A DNA stretch of 58,122 bases from Chloroflexota bacterium (lineage in GTDB: Bacteria > Chloroflexota > Anaerolineae > Promineifilales > Promineifilaceae), in contig JAAYYY010000081.1 of assembly GCA_012515125.1 (NCBI GenBank), positions 1 through 58,122 on the forward strand, in the 5' to 3' direction. Positions 38,629-47,605 of this stretch are shown in pieces (within the stretch, counting starts at the first letter, position 1; the number at the start of each line of letters is the position of its first letter). Made by a program: the position numbers and the translations under genes. Under the pieces are notes generated by a model, which was given only the letters and a program-made list of their open reading frames with translations, had not been told where the DNA came from and ran no database searches.

Positions 38629-39387
38629 CTATTGCACGTAGGCTCGGTACTGGGCGACGAGGGGATCTGTGTCGCCGAGCAGGCCGAAGACGCCCTGAAT
38701 GATGGCGTGCACGTCGCTCTTGTGCGCGGCGTCGCTCAGAGTGCGCGCCGCCAGCAGGCTGTAGAGGGCAGCGCTGTAGTCGCGGCGGCGCAGGGCGCCG
38801 GCAGCCTGGTCGAGCTGGCTATCGGCTTCGCTCTTGCCGGCGCGCAGGGGGCGGCAGAGGAACCGGGCCAGCGGCAGTAGCTGGTTGGCGAGGCTGGCTT
38901 CCGGGCCCGGCGGAAAATCCTGCAGATAGCGCTCCGCCTCACAGCCGTTGCCCTGCCGGAGCAGCTCGCGCGCCTGGTGCAGCCGGCGGCCCGGGTTGCC
39001 GTCGCGTTCCGGCTGGGGCCGGGCCTGACGCTGGGGACGGGGCGCGGGGGCGTGAGCCATCACGCGCTGGAGGAACTGGCGCACGACGGGCTCCGGCTGG
39101 GCGCCGACGAACTCGTCGATCACCTGCCCGTTGACAAAGGCCTTCACCGCCGGAATGCCGCGGACGTTATAGCGCACGGTGATCTGCGGGTTCTGGTCTG
39201 TGTTGAGCTTGGCGAGGACGAAATTGCTGGCGGGCTCGCCGGCTATGCGCTCGAGGACGGGGCCGAGCATCCGGCAGGGTCCGCACCAGGGCGCCCAGAA
39301 ATCCACGACCACGGGGACGCGCTGGGAGCGCTGCAAGACCTCGCGCTCAAAATCAGCCTGGGTGACGTCAATTACCTTTCCGCTCAT
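38629..39387 (-). CDS. Thioredoxin-domain protein with C-terminal TPR-like extension (YbbN/CnoX-like)
   Basis: 252 aa. [18 protein letters not shown] active site. Helical C-terminal half. Confidence 0.8.
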   Translation of the reverse strand: MSGKVIDVTQADFEREVLQRSQRVPVVVDFWAPWCGPCRMLGPVLERIAGEPASNFVLAKLNTDQNPQITVRYNVRGIPAVKAFVNGQVIDEFVGAQPEPVVRQFLQRVMAHAPAPRPQRQARPQPERDGNPGRRLHQARELLRQGNGCEAERYLQDFPPGPEASLANQLLPLARFLCRPLRAGKSEADSQLDQAAGALRRRDYSAALYSLLAARTLSDAAHKSDVHAIIQGVFGLLGDTDPLVAQYRAYVQ

Positions 39388-39534
39388 AAAGACTCCTGTT
39401 GACGTTTGGCGATAGGATAGCGGGGGAACGTTGGATTGGCATATAAGGCCGGTGGTCGCGTTGGCGGCGCGGGCTGTTAACTCTGAATAGGATGATTGTG
39501 TCTGATTTCTTGGGGGCGGGCAGGGGCGCTGCCG

Positions 39535-39553
39535 GCCATTCTGGCAGGCGCGA
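39535..39553. repeat. Intergenic 19-nt motif, copy 1 (GCCATTCTGGCAGGCGCGA)
   Basis: Identical 19-mer at 44617-44635. The upstream ~25 nt are also similar (TGGGGGCGGGCAGGGGCG vs TGGGAGGGTGAGCAGGAT). The motif contains the inverted repeat GCCA-TTC-TGGC. Confidence 0.5.
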
Positions 39554-39757
39554 GCCAGAAGGCGGGAGAAGGCTGGTCAGATGGCGGGGCGGGGACTCAC
39601 CAGGTGGAGGAGGATGATCCCCAGGCGCCGAACTATGATACACTTGGAACGCTGGCTCTGTGCCTACGTATAGAATGATGAGAGAGCCGTGTTACGTGGC
39701 CTGGCCTGCGGCAACGTCAAGGTGGGCCGGGCAGGTTGCCTTACCTCGGAGGTCTGT

Positions 39758-40702
39758 ATGGCGGTTGTAACAGTATCCAATGTCAGCAAGCGTTTTGGTC
39801 GCGTCCGCGCGGTGGAGGACGTATCTTTTGAGGTCTTCCCTGGGGAGATCTTTGGGATACTGGGCCCGAACGGCGCAGGCAAGACGACGACTATTCGCAT
39901 GATGATGAGCATCTTCGAGCAGGACGGGGGCACTATTACGCTATTCGGCGAGCCATTCCGTGAAGAGCACAAGCAGCGCATCGGCTATATGCCGGAAGAG
40001 CGGGGGCTGTATAAGGACCAGAAGCTGGAGCCGACGCTCGTTTTTCTGGCGACGCTCAAGGGACTGGACGATAAGACGGCGCGCGCCCGGCTGGAGCCGT
40101 GGATGCAGCGGCTCGACCTGTGGGAGCACCGCAACAAGCAGGTGCAGGAGCTGAGCAAGGGTATGCAGCAGAAGGCGCAGATTATCGCCACGCTGATCCA
40201 CGAGCCGGACCTGGTGGTCATCGACGAGCCGTTCACGGGCCTCGACCCGGTGAATACGCGCCTGGTCAAGGAGATTTTCCAGGAGCAGCGGCAGGCAGGC
40301 CGGGCCATCATTATGTCTACCCACCAGATGCACCAGGTGGAGGCGCTCTGTAACCGCATCGTGCTCATCAGCCGGGGGCGTTCGGTGCTCTACGGGCCGG
40401 TGTCGGAGATCAAGCGCAACTTCGCCGGCAACGCCATCATCCTCGAAGGGGAAGGGACGTTCGACCAGCTGCCCGGCGTGCTCGACGCCCGGCGCGAGAA
40501 CGGGCTCTGGCACCTTTCCCTGGGCGCAGGTGTGAGCCCGCAGGAGATCTTCCGGGCGCTCGCCTCAAACCCGGAGGTAGCGATCACGCACTTTGAGGTG
40601 GCCGAACCCTCGCTGGAAGACATTTTCGTCAACGTGGTGCAGGAAGAGGGCGGACTGGCGCCCACCGAGGGACAGGCGGCAAGAGAGGTGGAACATGCGT
40701 AA
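39758..40702 (+). CDS. ABC transporter ATP-binding protein (ABC-2/NatA-like)
   Basis: ATG at 39758 (MAVVTVSNVSKRFG). Walker A GPNGAGKTT, signature LSKGMQQK, Walker B LVVIDEPFTGLD. Confidence 0.9.
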   Translation: MAVVTVSNVSKRFGRVRAVEDVSFEVFPGEIFGILGPNGAGKTTTIRMMMSIFEQDGGTITLFGEPFREEHKQRIGYMPEERGLYKDQKLEPTLVFLATLKGLDDKTARARLEPWMQRLDLWEHRNKQVQELSKGMQQKAQIIATLIHEPDLVVIDEPFTGLDPVNTRLVKEIFQEQRQAGRAIIMSTHQMHQVEALCNRIVLISRGRSVLYGPVSEIKRNFAGNAIILEGEGTFDQLPGVLDARRENGLWHLSLGAGVSPQEIFRALASNPEVAITHFEVAEPSLEDIFVNVVQEEGGLAPTEGQAAREVEHA

Positions 40703-41906
40703 CCTGTGGCTGACCGCCCGTTATGAGTTTCTCAAGCGGGTGCGCACACGCAGCTTCCTGCTCAGCACGCTGGGGGTGCCGGCGCTGATCATCGTCGTCG
40801 GCCTGATCGGGGCCATCTCGGCGTCGGTGGGCGAAAGCGACCTACCCCTGGGCTATGTGGACAATGCGGGGCTGCTCGACCCGTCGCTGTACGCGGAGCC
40901 GCACCTGGACGAGATGGACGACCGGCTGGAGCTGATCGCCTACGAGGACGAAGCGGAGGCGCGAGCCGCGCTTGAAGCGGGCGCCGTTCAGGGCTACTAC
41001 GTGGTGCCGGCCGGCTATCCGCAGAACCTGCAGATAGAGGCCTATTATCTGGAGGAGATGCCCAGCGGAGGAGACTTTGCCGATTTTGTGCGCGCCAACC
41101 TGCTGGCCGAGGCGAACCTGCCCGAGGGGGCCAGTTCCTGGCTGCTGGAAGGGCCGGAGCTGACGGTGCGCGACATGAACAGCGGGCGGGAGATGAACGA
41201 CGACGCGATTGGCAACGTCATACTCTCCTTCATCGGCGGCTTCTTCTTCTTCTTTGCCGTCCTGGGCTCGGCCGGCTTCCTGGTGCAGGTAGTGGCCGAC
41301 GAGAAGGAAAACCGGACGATGGAAATGCTGATCACCAGCATGAGCCCGTTCCAACTGATTGCGGGCAAGGCGATTGGCCTCATCGGCGTGGCACTGACGC
41401 AGATTGCGCTGTGGGCGCTGTCTATCGCCGTGGTCATCGTGATCGCCGCACGGTTTGTCGATTTCCTGGCGGGGCTGACGGTGCCGTGGTCGTTCCTGCT
41501 CGTGTTCGCGCTGTACTTCCTGCCGGCCTACGCACTCATCGCGGGCATGATGATCGCCATTGGCAGCGTGGTCACGGAAGTGCAGCAGGGGCAGCAGATA
41601 TCGGGGATTCTGAATCTGCTCTTCATCGCGCCCTTCTTCTTCTTGCCGCTGATTCTCTCCAACCCGAACAGCCCGATCCTCGTCTTCCTGACGCTCTTCC
41701 CGACGACGTCGTTCATGACGGTGGCCCTGCGCTGGGGCCTGGGCCTGCCGACCTGGCAGATTATCGCAAGCTGGGTCATTCTGGTGGTGACGGCGGCGCT
41801 GAGCATCTGGTTTGCCGCGCGCATCTTCCGGCGGGGCATGCTGCGCTACGGGCAGCGGATGGAGATGCGCGAGGTGATCGCCGCCCTGCGCGGCGCGGAG
41901 GTATAG
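40695..41906 (+). CDS. ABC-2 family permease (NatB-like, large extracytoplasmic loop), copy 1
   Basis: The ATG at 40695 overlaps the ATPase stop by 8 nt. N-terminus MRNLWLTARYEF, one TM, a ~170-aa loop, then five TM segments with an ENRTMEML motif. Confidence 0.8.
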   Translation: MRNLWLTARYEFLKRVRTRSFLLSTLGVPALIIVVGLIGAISASVGESDLPLGYVDNAGLLDPSLYAEPHLDEMDDRLELIAYEDEAEARAALEAGAVQGYYVVPAGYPQNLQIEAYYLEEMPSGGDFADFVRANLLAEANLPEGASSWLLEGPELTVRDMNSGREMNDDAIGNVILSFIGGFFFFFAVLGSAGFLVQVVADEKENRTMEMLITSMSPFQLIAGKAIGLIGVALTQIALWALSIAVVIVIAARFVDFLAGLTVPWSFLLVFALYFLPAYALIAGMMIAIGSVVTEVQQGQQISGILNLLFIAPFFFLPLILSNPNSPILVFLTLFPTTSFMTVALRWGLGLPTWQIIASWVILVVTAALSIWFAARIFRRGMLRYGQRMEMREVIAALRGAEV

Positions 41907-41911
41907 AGAAC

Positions 41912-43147
41912 ATGCGTAACGTCTTCGTGATTGTCAGGCAGGAAATCGTCACTCTGCTGACCAACCGCACGTTCTGGATTATGACGACGGCCTTTCCGGC
42001 GTTGATCCTGCTCTTCAATCTCGGCACCTTCTGGTTGGCCGACGACGCGGGGTCAGACTCGGGCTCGATGTTTGGGGCGGACGACGTGCAAACGCTGGGC
42101 TATGTGGACCAGAGCGGCGTGATTCGCGAGCTGCCGCCGGGCATCCCGGCCGGGATGGTGCTCGCCTACCCTTCGGTCGAGGCGGGCGAGGAAGCGCTGG
42201 CGGACGGCGAGGTGGATGCGCTGGCGATCCTGCCAGCAGACTTCGTGGAGAGCGGCGAGATCACGGTGGTGCAAGCGGAGTTCAACCCGTTCAGCGCTGG
42301 TTCCGAGAGCTTCTTCTCTTACCTTGCCGCCTATAACCTGACGGGCGACGTGGGACTGGCGGCCGGGCTGCAGGGGCCGCTGAACAACGTGACGGGGCAC
42401 GACCTGGCGCCGGCTGAGCCGGGAGAGGAGGGGGATGAGTCCAGCTCGCCCATCGCGGGGATGGTCCCCTTCGCCGTGCTGTTCATTTTCTTCTTCCTGC
42501 TGACGATGAGCAGCGGCTATATGCTGAGCAGCGTCTCGCGGGAGAAAGAGAACCGGACTGTGGAAGTGCTGCTGGTCAGCGTCAGCCCGCGCCAGCTCAT
42601 GCTGGGCAAGCTGATCGGCCTGAGCATCATCGCGCTGCTGCAGATGCTCGTCTGGGTGGGCGGCAGCTTCCTCATCCTGCAGGCAACCGGTCTCTTCAAC
42701 CTGCCGCCCATCGAGCTGGGGCTGCCGGCGAGCTTCTTCATCTGGGGCGTGATCTATCTGGTACTGGGCTATCTGCTCTATGCGTCGATGATGGGGGCGG
42801 TGGGCGCGCTGGCCCCGAACGCACGCGAGGCGGGCCAGTTTACGTTTGCCATTATACTGCCGTTGATGATCCCGCTGTGGTTCAACTTCAGTATTATGGA
42901 AGATCCCGGCGGCACGCTGGCGACGGTGCTCAGCCTGATCCCGCTGACGGCTCCGGTGACGATGATGACGCGGTTGGCGGTCGGCGACGTGCCGTTGTGG
43001 CAGCTTCTGGTCAGCGTGGGGCTGCTGGCGGTGACGACCTATGGCTTCGTGTTGCTCTCGTCGCGCTTCTTCCGCGCGGACACGCTGCTGTCTAACGCGA
43101 CGCTGAAGTGGAACCGGCTGCTGACGGCCTGGCGCAATCCGGCCTGA
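41912..43147 (+). CDS. ABC-2 family permease, copy 2 (paralogue of the preceding gene)
   Basis: ATG at 41912 (MRNVFVIVRQEI). Same architecture as copy 1, with ENRTVEVL. Confidence 0.8.
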   Translation: MRNVFVIVRQEIVTLLTNRTFWIMTTAFPALILLFNLGTFWLADDAGSDSGSMFGADDVQTLGYVDQSGVIRELPPGIPAGMVLAYPSVEAGEEALADGEVDALAILPADFVESGEITVVQAEFNPFSAGSESFFSYLAAYNLTGDVGLAAGLQGPLNNVTGHDLAPAEPGEEGDESSSPIAGMVPFAVLFIFFFLLTMSSGYMLSSVSREKENRTVEVLLVSVSPRQLMLGKLIGLSIIALLQMLVWVGGSFLILQATGLFNLPPIELGLPASFFIWGVIYLVLGYLLYASMMGAVGALAPNAREAGQFTFAIILPLMIPLWFNFSIMEDPGGTLATVLSLIPLTAPVTMMTRLAVGDVPLWQLLVSVGLLAVTTYGFVLLSSRFFRADTLLSNATLKWNRLLTAWRNPA

Positions 43148-43174
43148 GAGGGGGCCTGCAAACAAGTTATCACA

Positions 43175-43208
43175 GGAGCGTGGCCAGGGATGGCCGCGCT
43201 CCTTTTTT
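43175..43208 (+). terminator. Rho-independent terminator
   Basis: Stem GGAGCGTGGCCA / TGGCCGCGCTCC (one G-U pair), loop GGGA, followed by TTTTTT. It starts 28 nt after the permease stop. Confidence 0.8.
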
Positions 43209-43225
43209 GAAGGGGATTCCTGCAA

Positions 43226-43975
43226 ATGCTGATCATCGCCGCCGGCGACGGCCGGTTTGACGTGGACGCCGTCGTCTTCGATAAGGATGGCACGCTGGTC
43301 GATTTTAATCATATGTGGGGGCCGCGCGTGGTGCGCTGGGTGCAGGCGCTGGCGGAGCAGGCCGGCTGCCCGGCGTGCATCGACCCGCTCTACAGCGTGC
43401 TCGGCTTTGACCCGGAGCGGATGGAGGCGGTCCCCGACGGGCCGGTGGCCACGGCCTCCACGGCCGACATCTACGCGCTGGCGGCCGGGGTGCTCTTCGA
43501 GCATGGGCTGGGCTGGTACCGCGCCCGGCCGCTGGCGATAAGCAGCGCGGAGACGACGATAGCGGCGCCGCCGCAGCCGGCGGAGATCCGGCCGCTGGGC
43601 AACGTGAAGGGCGCGTTCCGCCGCCTGCGCGCGGCTGGCCTGCCGATTGCCATCCACACGAACGACGACCGGGCGCTGACCCAGGAGACGCTCGAACAGC
43701 TCGGCGTGGCCGGGGAGGTGGCAGTGATGGCCTGCGGCGACGACGAGCTGCCGCCGAAGCCGGACCCGGCGGGGCTGCGCTGGATTGCGGCGGAGCTGGG
43801 CACGACGCCGGAGCGGCTGGTGTTCGTGGGGGATAGCGCCGCCGACATGCTGGCGGCGCGCAACGCCGGGGCCGCCGCCGTGGGCCTCGCCAGCGGCTCG
43901 GGCACCCACGCCGGCCTCGAAGCGCTGGCCTCGGCGCTGATCAGGAGCATCGACGAGCTGCGGGTGGTCGGCTAA
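43226..43975 (+). CDS. HAD-superfamily hydrolase (phosphoglycolate-phosphatase-like)
   Basis: 249 aa. Motif I VVFDKDGTLVD. Later HTNDDR and VGDSAADMLAARNAG. Confidence 0.8.
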   Translation: MLIIAAGDGRFDVDAVVFDKDGTLVDFNHMWGPRVVRWVQALAEQAGCPACIDPLYSVLGFDPERMEAVPDGPVATASTADIYALAAGVLFEHGLGWYRARPLAISSAETTIAAPPQPAEIRPLGNVKGAFRRLRAAGLPIAIHTNDDRALTQETLEQLGVAGEVAVMACGDDELPPKPDPAGLRWIAAELGTTPERLVFVGDSAADMLAARNAGAAAVGLASGSGTHAGLEALASALIRSIDELRVVG

Positions 43976-44565
43976 CCCTTCAGGGCAAGCTGGGCTATCG
44001 CGCGCCACACCGGGTCGTCGGGGCCGCGCTGCATGAGCTGCAGCTCGGCAACGGGCACATGCCAGCGCTCCTGCTCCCATTGTGTTTCCTGCAGCCGGGC
44101 TTCCGCCGCCGCCAGCTCGGCCGGGGTAAGGCGCTGGGCGAGCGTCAGGTGGGGTGTGTAGCGACGGTGCTTGTCTTCGCCGGCGATGTTCAGGAGAACG
44201 CTGCGCACGGCCAGCAGCCCGCGCGTGGGGCGCACGCCGAGGTAGAGCACGCGGTCGCCGAAGCGCCGGATGCCGCCGAGCTGCAGGGTGAAGGGCGGCA
44301 TCTCTTTCTGGTGTTGCTGGAGGCGGTGAATGAGAACAGTTTCGTTTTCGGGGGTGGCCCGGCCGGAGCGCCAGTAGGTTCCGGCGAGGGTGACATGGGG
44401 CGGAGTGATAGCCGCCGTGACCGGGTCGAGCTGGGCGCGCAGCGTCTGGATTTCGTCGGCCAGCTCGCCGTGGAGAAAGGCGCCGACAAAGATGCGGTAG
44501 TCGCCGCTGCGCTGTCTGTGCGGCCCGGGCTGCGGGCGGGTGCGTCGCCGTCGTTGTCCTCTCAT
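43972..44565 (-). CDS. 2H phosphoesterase / 2'-5' RNA ligase (LigT-like)
   Basis: Two HxT motifs: PPHVTLAGT and TPHLTLAQR. The start codon is uncertain because the N-terminus is Arg-rich. Confidence 0.75.
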   Translation of the reverse strand: MRGQRRRRTRPQPGPHRQRSGDYRIFVGAFLHGELADEIQTLRAQLDPVTAAITPPHVTLAGTYWRSGRATPENETVLIHRLQQHQKEMPPFTLQLGGIRRFGDRVLYLGVRPTRGLLAVRSVLLNIAGEDKHRRYTPHLTLAQRLTPAELAAAEARLQETQWEQERWHVPVAELQLMQRGPDDPVWRAIAQLALKG

Positions 44566-44616
44566 GGGCTACCTCCGTTGTCGAGCCGAGCTGGGAGGGT
44601 GAGCAGGATCACACCT

Positions 44617-44635
44617 GCCATTCTGGCAGGCGCGA
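44617..44635. repeat. Intergenic 19-nt motif, copy 2 (GCCATTCTGGCAGGCGCGA)
   Basis: Identical to 39535-39553. Here the inverted repeat extends to CTGCCA-TTC-TGGCAG. It lies 65 nt upstream of the cutA start. Confidence 0.5.
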
Positions 44636-44699
44636 TCCGGGGGCGCGGCTACAATAGGACTGTAACCGCAAGCGGGCGAAAAGGAAACTGGAGGCGACG

Positions 44700-45026
44700 A
44701 TGAGCGAATTTCTGCAGGTGCTGACGACGATGGGGAGCCGGGCCGATGGGGAGGCGATAGCGCGCGCGCTGGTGGCGCGACGGCTGGCCGGCTGCGTGCA
44801 GGTGATTGGCCCCATCCACAGCACCTACTGGTGGGAAGGGGAGATCGAAACGGCGGAGGAGTATCTGTGCCTGGTGAAGAGCAGCCGGGAGGCTTACCCG
44901 GCGTTGGAAGCGGCGATCCAGGAGCTGCATCCCTACGAGGTGCCGGAGATCGTGGCGCTGCCCATCGAGGCGGGCAGCCGGGCGTATCTGTCGTGGCTGC
45001 AGGGGGAGCTGCGGGCAGCGGCATGA
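44700..45026 (+). CDS. cutA: Divalent-cation tolerance protein CutA
   Basis: 108 aa. RRLAGCVQVIGPIHSTYWWEGEIETAEEYLCLVKS...HPYEVPEIVALPI. Confidence 0.85.
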   Translation: MSEFLQVLTTMGSRADGEAIARALVARRLAGCVQVIGPIHSTYWWEGEIETAEEYLCLVKSSREAYPALEAAIQELHPYEVPEIVALPIEAGSRAYLSWLQGELRAAA

Positions 45027-45211
45027 CATACGGCCTATCGTCACTGTAACCTGAAATACTTTACAAATTCAGAAATGGGATATAATCAACCTGTCGCTCG
45101 TGCGCGAGCGGAAGAGGTTTATCAGCGGTGTTCATGGGAGCCAGTCCTCTTTTTTGACCCTGAGTCCCATCACCACCCTCAAAAATCATCTTTATCCTAT
45201 GTGGAGGATGT

Positions 45212-46891
45212 ATGAAAGAAACGGTGTTCTTGCGGCGCGCCAGAACGGTGCGCCCTGTCGTTCTTCTGTTACTCCTGATGACGATTGTCGTCATGGTGGC
45301 CTGCGGTGGGGAGCCGGAGGTGGAAATCACGCCGGAACCGACGGCGCAGGTTGTCGAGTCGCCGACCGAACCGCCGGCGCCGACCGAACCGCCGGCCCCG
45401 GCTGAGACTGAAACGCCGGAAGGGCCGCAGGCGGTAGGCAGCCTGGAAGAGGTGCGTAACGCCGTCGTCCAGATTGTCGCGGAAGGCTCTTTTGTCGATC
45501 CGCAGGTTGGGCTGAGGTTGAACACGGCCGGCAGCGGCAGTGGTTTCATCATTGACCCGTCCGGTATCGCCGTGACTAACAACCACGTCGTTACCGGCGC
45601 GGCGCTGCTGCGCGTTCACGTCACCGGCGAGGACCGCCCGCGTAACGCGCGCATCCTCGGCGTCTCGGAATGCTCGGACCTGGCGGTTATCGACATCGAC
45701 GGGGACGGCTTCCCGTACCTCGACTGGCACGAGGGTAATGTCAACGTGGGGCTGGACGTCTATGCGGCGGGTTTCCCGCTGGGCGACCCGGAGTTCACGC
45801 TGACGCGGGGCATCGTCTCGAAGGCGCGGGCCAGCGGCGAAACGAACTGGGCGTCGGTGGACAACGTGATCGAGCACGACGCGACGATCAACGCGGGCAA
45901 CTCCGGCGGCCCGCTGATCAGCGCCGAGGGTAAGGTAGTCGGCGTGAACTACGCCGGAGCGAGCAGCACGAACCAGTACTTCGCCATCGGGCGGGACGAA
46001 GCGCTGCGAGTCATCGACCAGCTGCGCAGCGAGCAGGACGTGACCTCTATCGGGATCAACGGCACGGCCGTAGCCGATTCGGAGCAGGGTATCTACGGCA
46101 TCTGGGTCTCCTCAGTGGACTCGGGCTCGCCGGCCGACCGGACGGGTATCGAAGGCGGCGACATCATCACCATGCTGGAAGGGCTGGTGCTTTCCACTGA
46201 TGGCACGATGTCTTCGTACTGCGACATCCTGCGTAGCAATCGCCCGGACGACGTTCTGAGCGTGGAAGTGCTGCGTTTTGAGACCCAGCAGGTTCTGGAA
46301 GGGCAGATCAACGGCGACGAGCTGGTGGTCACGGTGGACTTCTCGACGGCGCTGCAGGACGAAGTTGCCGAGAACGACCCGGCGGACAGCTCCACGGGGG
46401 CTGCCGGGTATGAGAGCTATGCGACGGTGACTGACGACACGGGCGCGCTGCTGGTGGAAGTGCCCACGGCCTGGGCGGACATTGACGGCGCCGAGTGGTA
46501 CCTGGACGACGGCACCTACCTGGGCCCGTCGATTACGGCGGCGCCGAGCCTGAACGGCTTCTGGTCGAACTGGACGACGCCGGGCGTCTTCTTCGCGGCG
46601 ATCACGGACGTGGATGCCGGGACGGCGCCGTCGGAGTATCTGGATCCGCGCGTGGAGGCGTTCTCTGGTCCATGTGAGTACGCAGGCCGTTCAGACTACA
46701 GCGATTCGCTGTACTCGGGACAGTACGATTACTTCACTAACTGCGGCGGCGAGGGCGTTGTGTACGTTGCGCTGGCGGTGACGCCTCTGGACGGCAGCAA
46801 CTTCTTCATCATCGTGGAAGTGCAGGTGGTGACGCAGGCCGACCTGGAGGCGCTGGACCACGTGCTCAATAGCTTTATTCTGTTCAACTAA
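45212..46891 (+). CDS. Trypsin-like serine protease lipoprotein with PDZ domain (S1C/HtrA-like) and extra C-terminal domain
   Basis: Lipobox VMVACGG and a Pro/Thr/Glu linker. Triad contexts TNNHVV, CSDLAVID and NAGNSGGPL. PDZ-like segment GIWVSSVDSGSPADRTGIEGGDII. Confidence 0.85.
   Translation: MKETVFLRRARTVRPVVLLLLLMTIVVMVACGGEPEVEITPEPTAQVVESPTEPPAPTEPPAPAETETPEGPQAVGSLEEVRNAVVQIVAEGSFVDPQVGLRLNTAGSGSGFIIDPSGIAVTNNHVVTGAALLRVHVTGEDRPRNARILGVSECSDLAVIDIDGDGFPYLDWHEGNVNVGLDVYAAGFPLGDPEFTLTRGIVSKARASGETNWASVDNVIEHDATINAGNSGGPLISAEGKVVGVNYAGASSTNQYFAIGRDEALRVIDQLRSEQDVTSIGINGTAVADSEQGIYGIWVSSVDSGSPADRTGIEGGDIITMLEGLVLSTDGTMSSYCDILRSNRPDDVLSVEVLRFETQQVLEGQINGDELVVTVDFSTALQDEVAENDPADSSTGAAGYESYATVTDDTGALLVEVPTAWADIDGAEWYLDDGTYLGPSITAAPSLNGFWSNWTTPGVFFAAITDVDAGTAPSEYLDPRVEAFSGPCEYAGRSDYSDSLYSGQYDYFTNCGGEGVVYVALAVTPLDGSNFFIIVEVQVVTQADLEALDHVLNSFILFN
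45361..45396 (+). repeat. Perfect 18-bp tandem duplication inside the protease linker (encodes PTEPPA x2)
   Basis: GCCGACCGAACCGCCGGC occurs twice in tandem (45361-45378 and 45379-45396). Confidence 0.9.
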
Positions 46892-47487
46892 GCGTTGGTA
46901 ACGGTGGGGGCGCTCTGCGTAGCGCCCCCACCCTCTCCACCATCCAGCAGGGAGAGGGAGAGGCCGAGGGCGAGCAGGGCCGGCAGGGGGCGCGAGCGCA
47001 GCAGGGTGAGGGAGACGATCAGAAAGAAGATGGGTATGGCGTCGAAGTTGATCAGGTAGTTGAGGTGAAGCACCCAGTTGCCGACCAGCCAGAGGGCGAG
47101 GACGACGAGGCCGAGGAGCGTGCGCCGCTGCCGGGCAAAGAGGAGCGCCAGCCAGAGGCCGGCCGCCAGGTGGAAGAAGAGGAAGATGGGCTGCCAGAAG
47201 GCGATCCAGCGCTCATAGTCGCGCAGGCCTAAAGCCTGGGTGAGGGCGGAGAGCAGGTAAAAGAGGGGGAAGTAGGTGGCGTATTTATCGTTCTCCAGCA
47301 GGTCGCTCTGGAGGACGCGCTCGTAGGGGTTTTCGCCCTGGAGGAGGCGCAGGCCTTCGAGCCAGGCGTAGTAGATGTCATCGCCGATGCTCTCCACGCC
47401 CCAGGCGGGGGTGTGCAGCCAGACGCCGGCCGCCAGCAGGAGCAGGACGAGTATGAGCCAGGCGATGGTGATCGTTCGTGCGGGCAC
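46888..47487 (-). CDS. Polytopic membrane protein of unknown function (resembles the N-terminal part of DUF2029/GT-C-like proteins)
   Basis: 199 aa with about five hydrophobic helices. Its stop overlaps the convergent protease stop by 4 nt. It may be a truncated gene. Confidence 0.45.
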   Translation of the reverse strand: MPARTITIAWLILVLLLLAAGVWLHTPAWGVESIGDDIYYAWLEGLRLLQGENPYERVLQSDLLENDKYATYFPLFYLLSALTQALGLRDYERWIAFWQPIFLFFHLAAGLWLALLFARQRRTLLGLVVLALWLVGNWVLHLNYLINFDAIPIFFLIVSLTLLRSRPLPALLALGLSLSLLDGGEGGGATQSAPTVTNA

Positions 47488-47592
47488 GAGAAGCCTCTTT
47501 TGGGTAGGCCAGACGATGGGATCCTAGATCGTGGGTGTAAGAATGGGGTTACTTTGGGGAAAATGGCGATTGTGTTGGATGAACAGATGTTC

Positions 47593-47598
47593 TATAAT
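47593..47598 (+). promoter_or_regulatory. -10 box (TATAAT) placed 7 nt before the ATG of the radical SAM gene (leaderless-type arrangement)
   Basis: TATAATgttcagtATG. No Shine-Dalgarno sequence between them. Confidence 0.4.
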
Positions 47599-47605
47599 GT
47601 TCAGT

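Noticed and set aside
39535-39553. The TGGCA in the shared 19-mer as a sigma-54 (-24/-12) promoter.
   Set aside because: No TTGC or GC -12 element follows at the required spacing in either copy.
46888-47487. The membrane-protein gene as a novel small system component, or evidence of a deletion.
   Set aside because: The only evidence is hydrophobic helices and a vague resemblance to the N-terminal part of GT-C/DUF2029 proteins. The convergent 4-nt overlap with the protease stop is unremarkable. This is insufficient for any claim.
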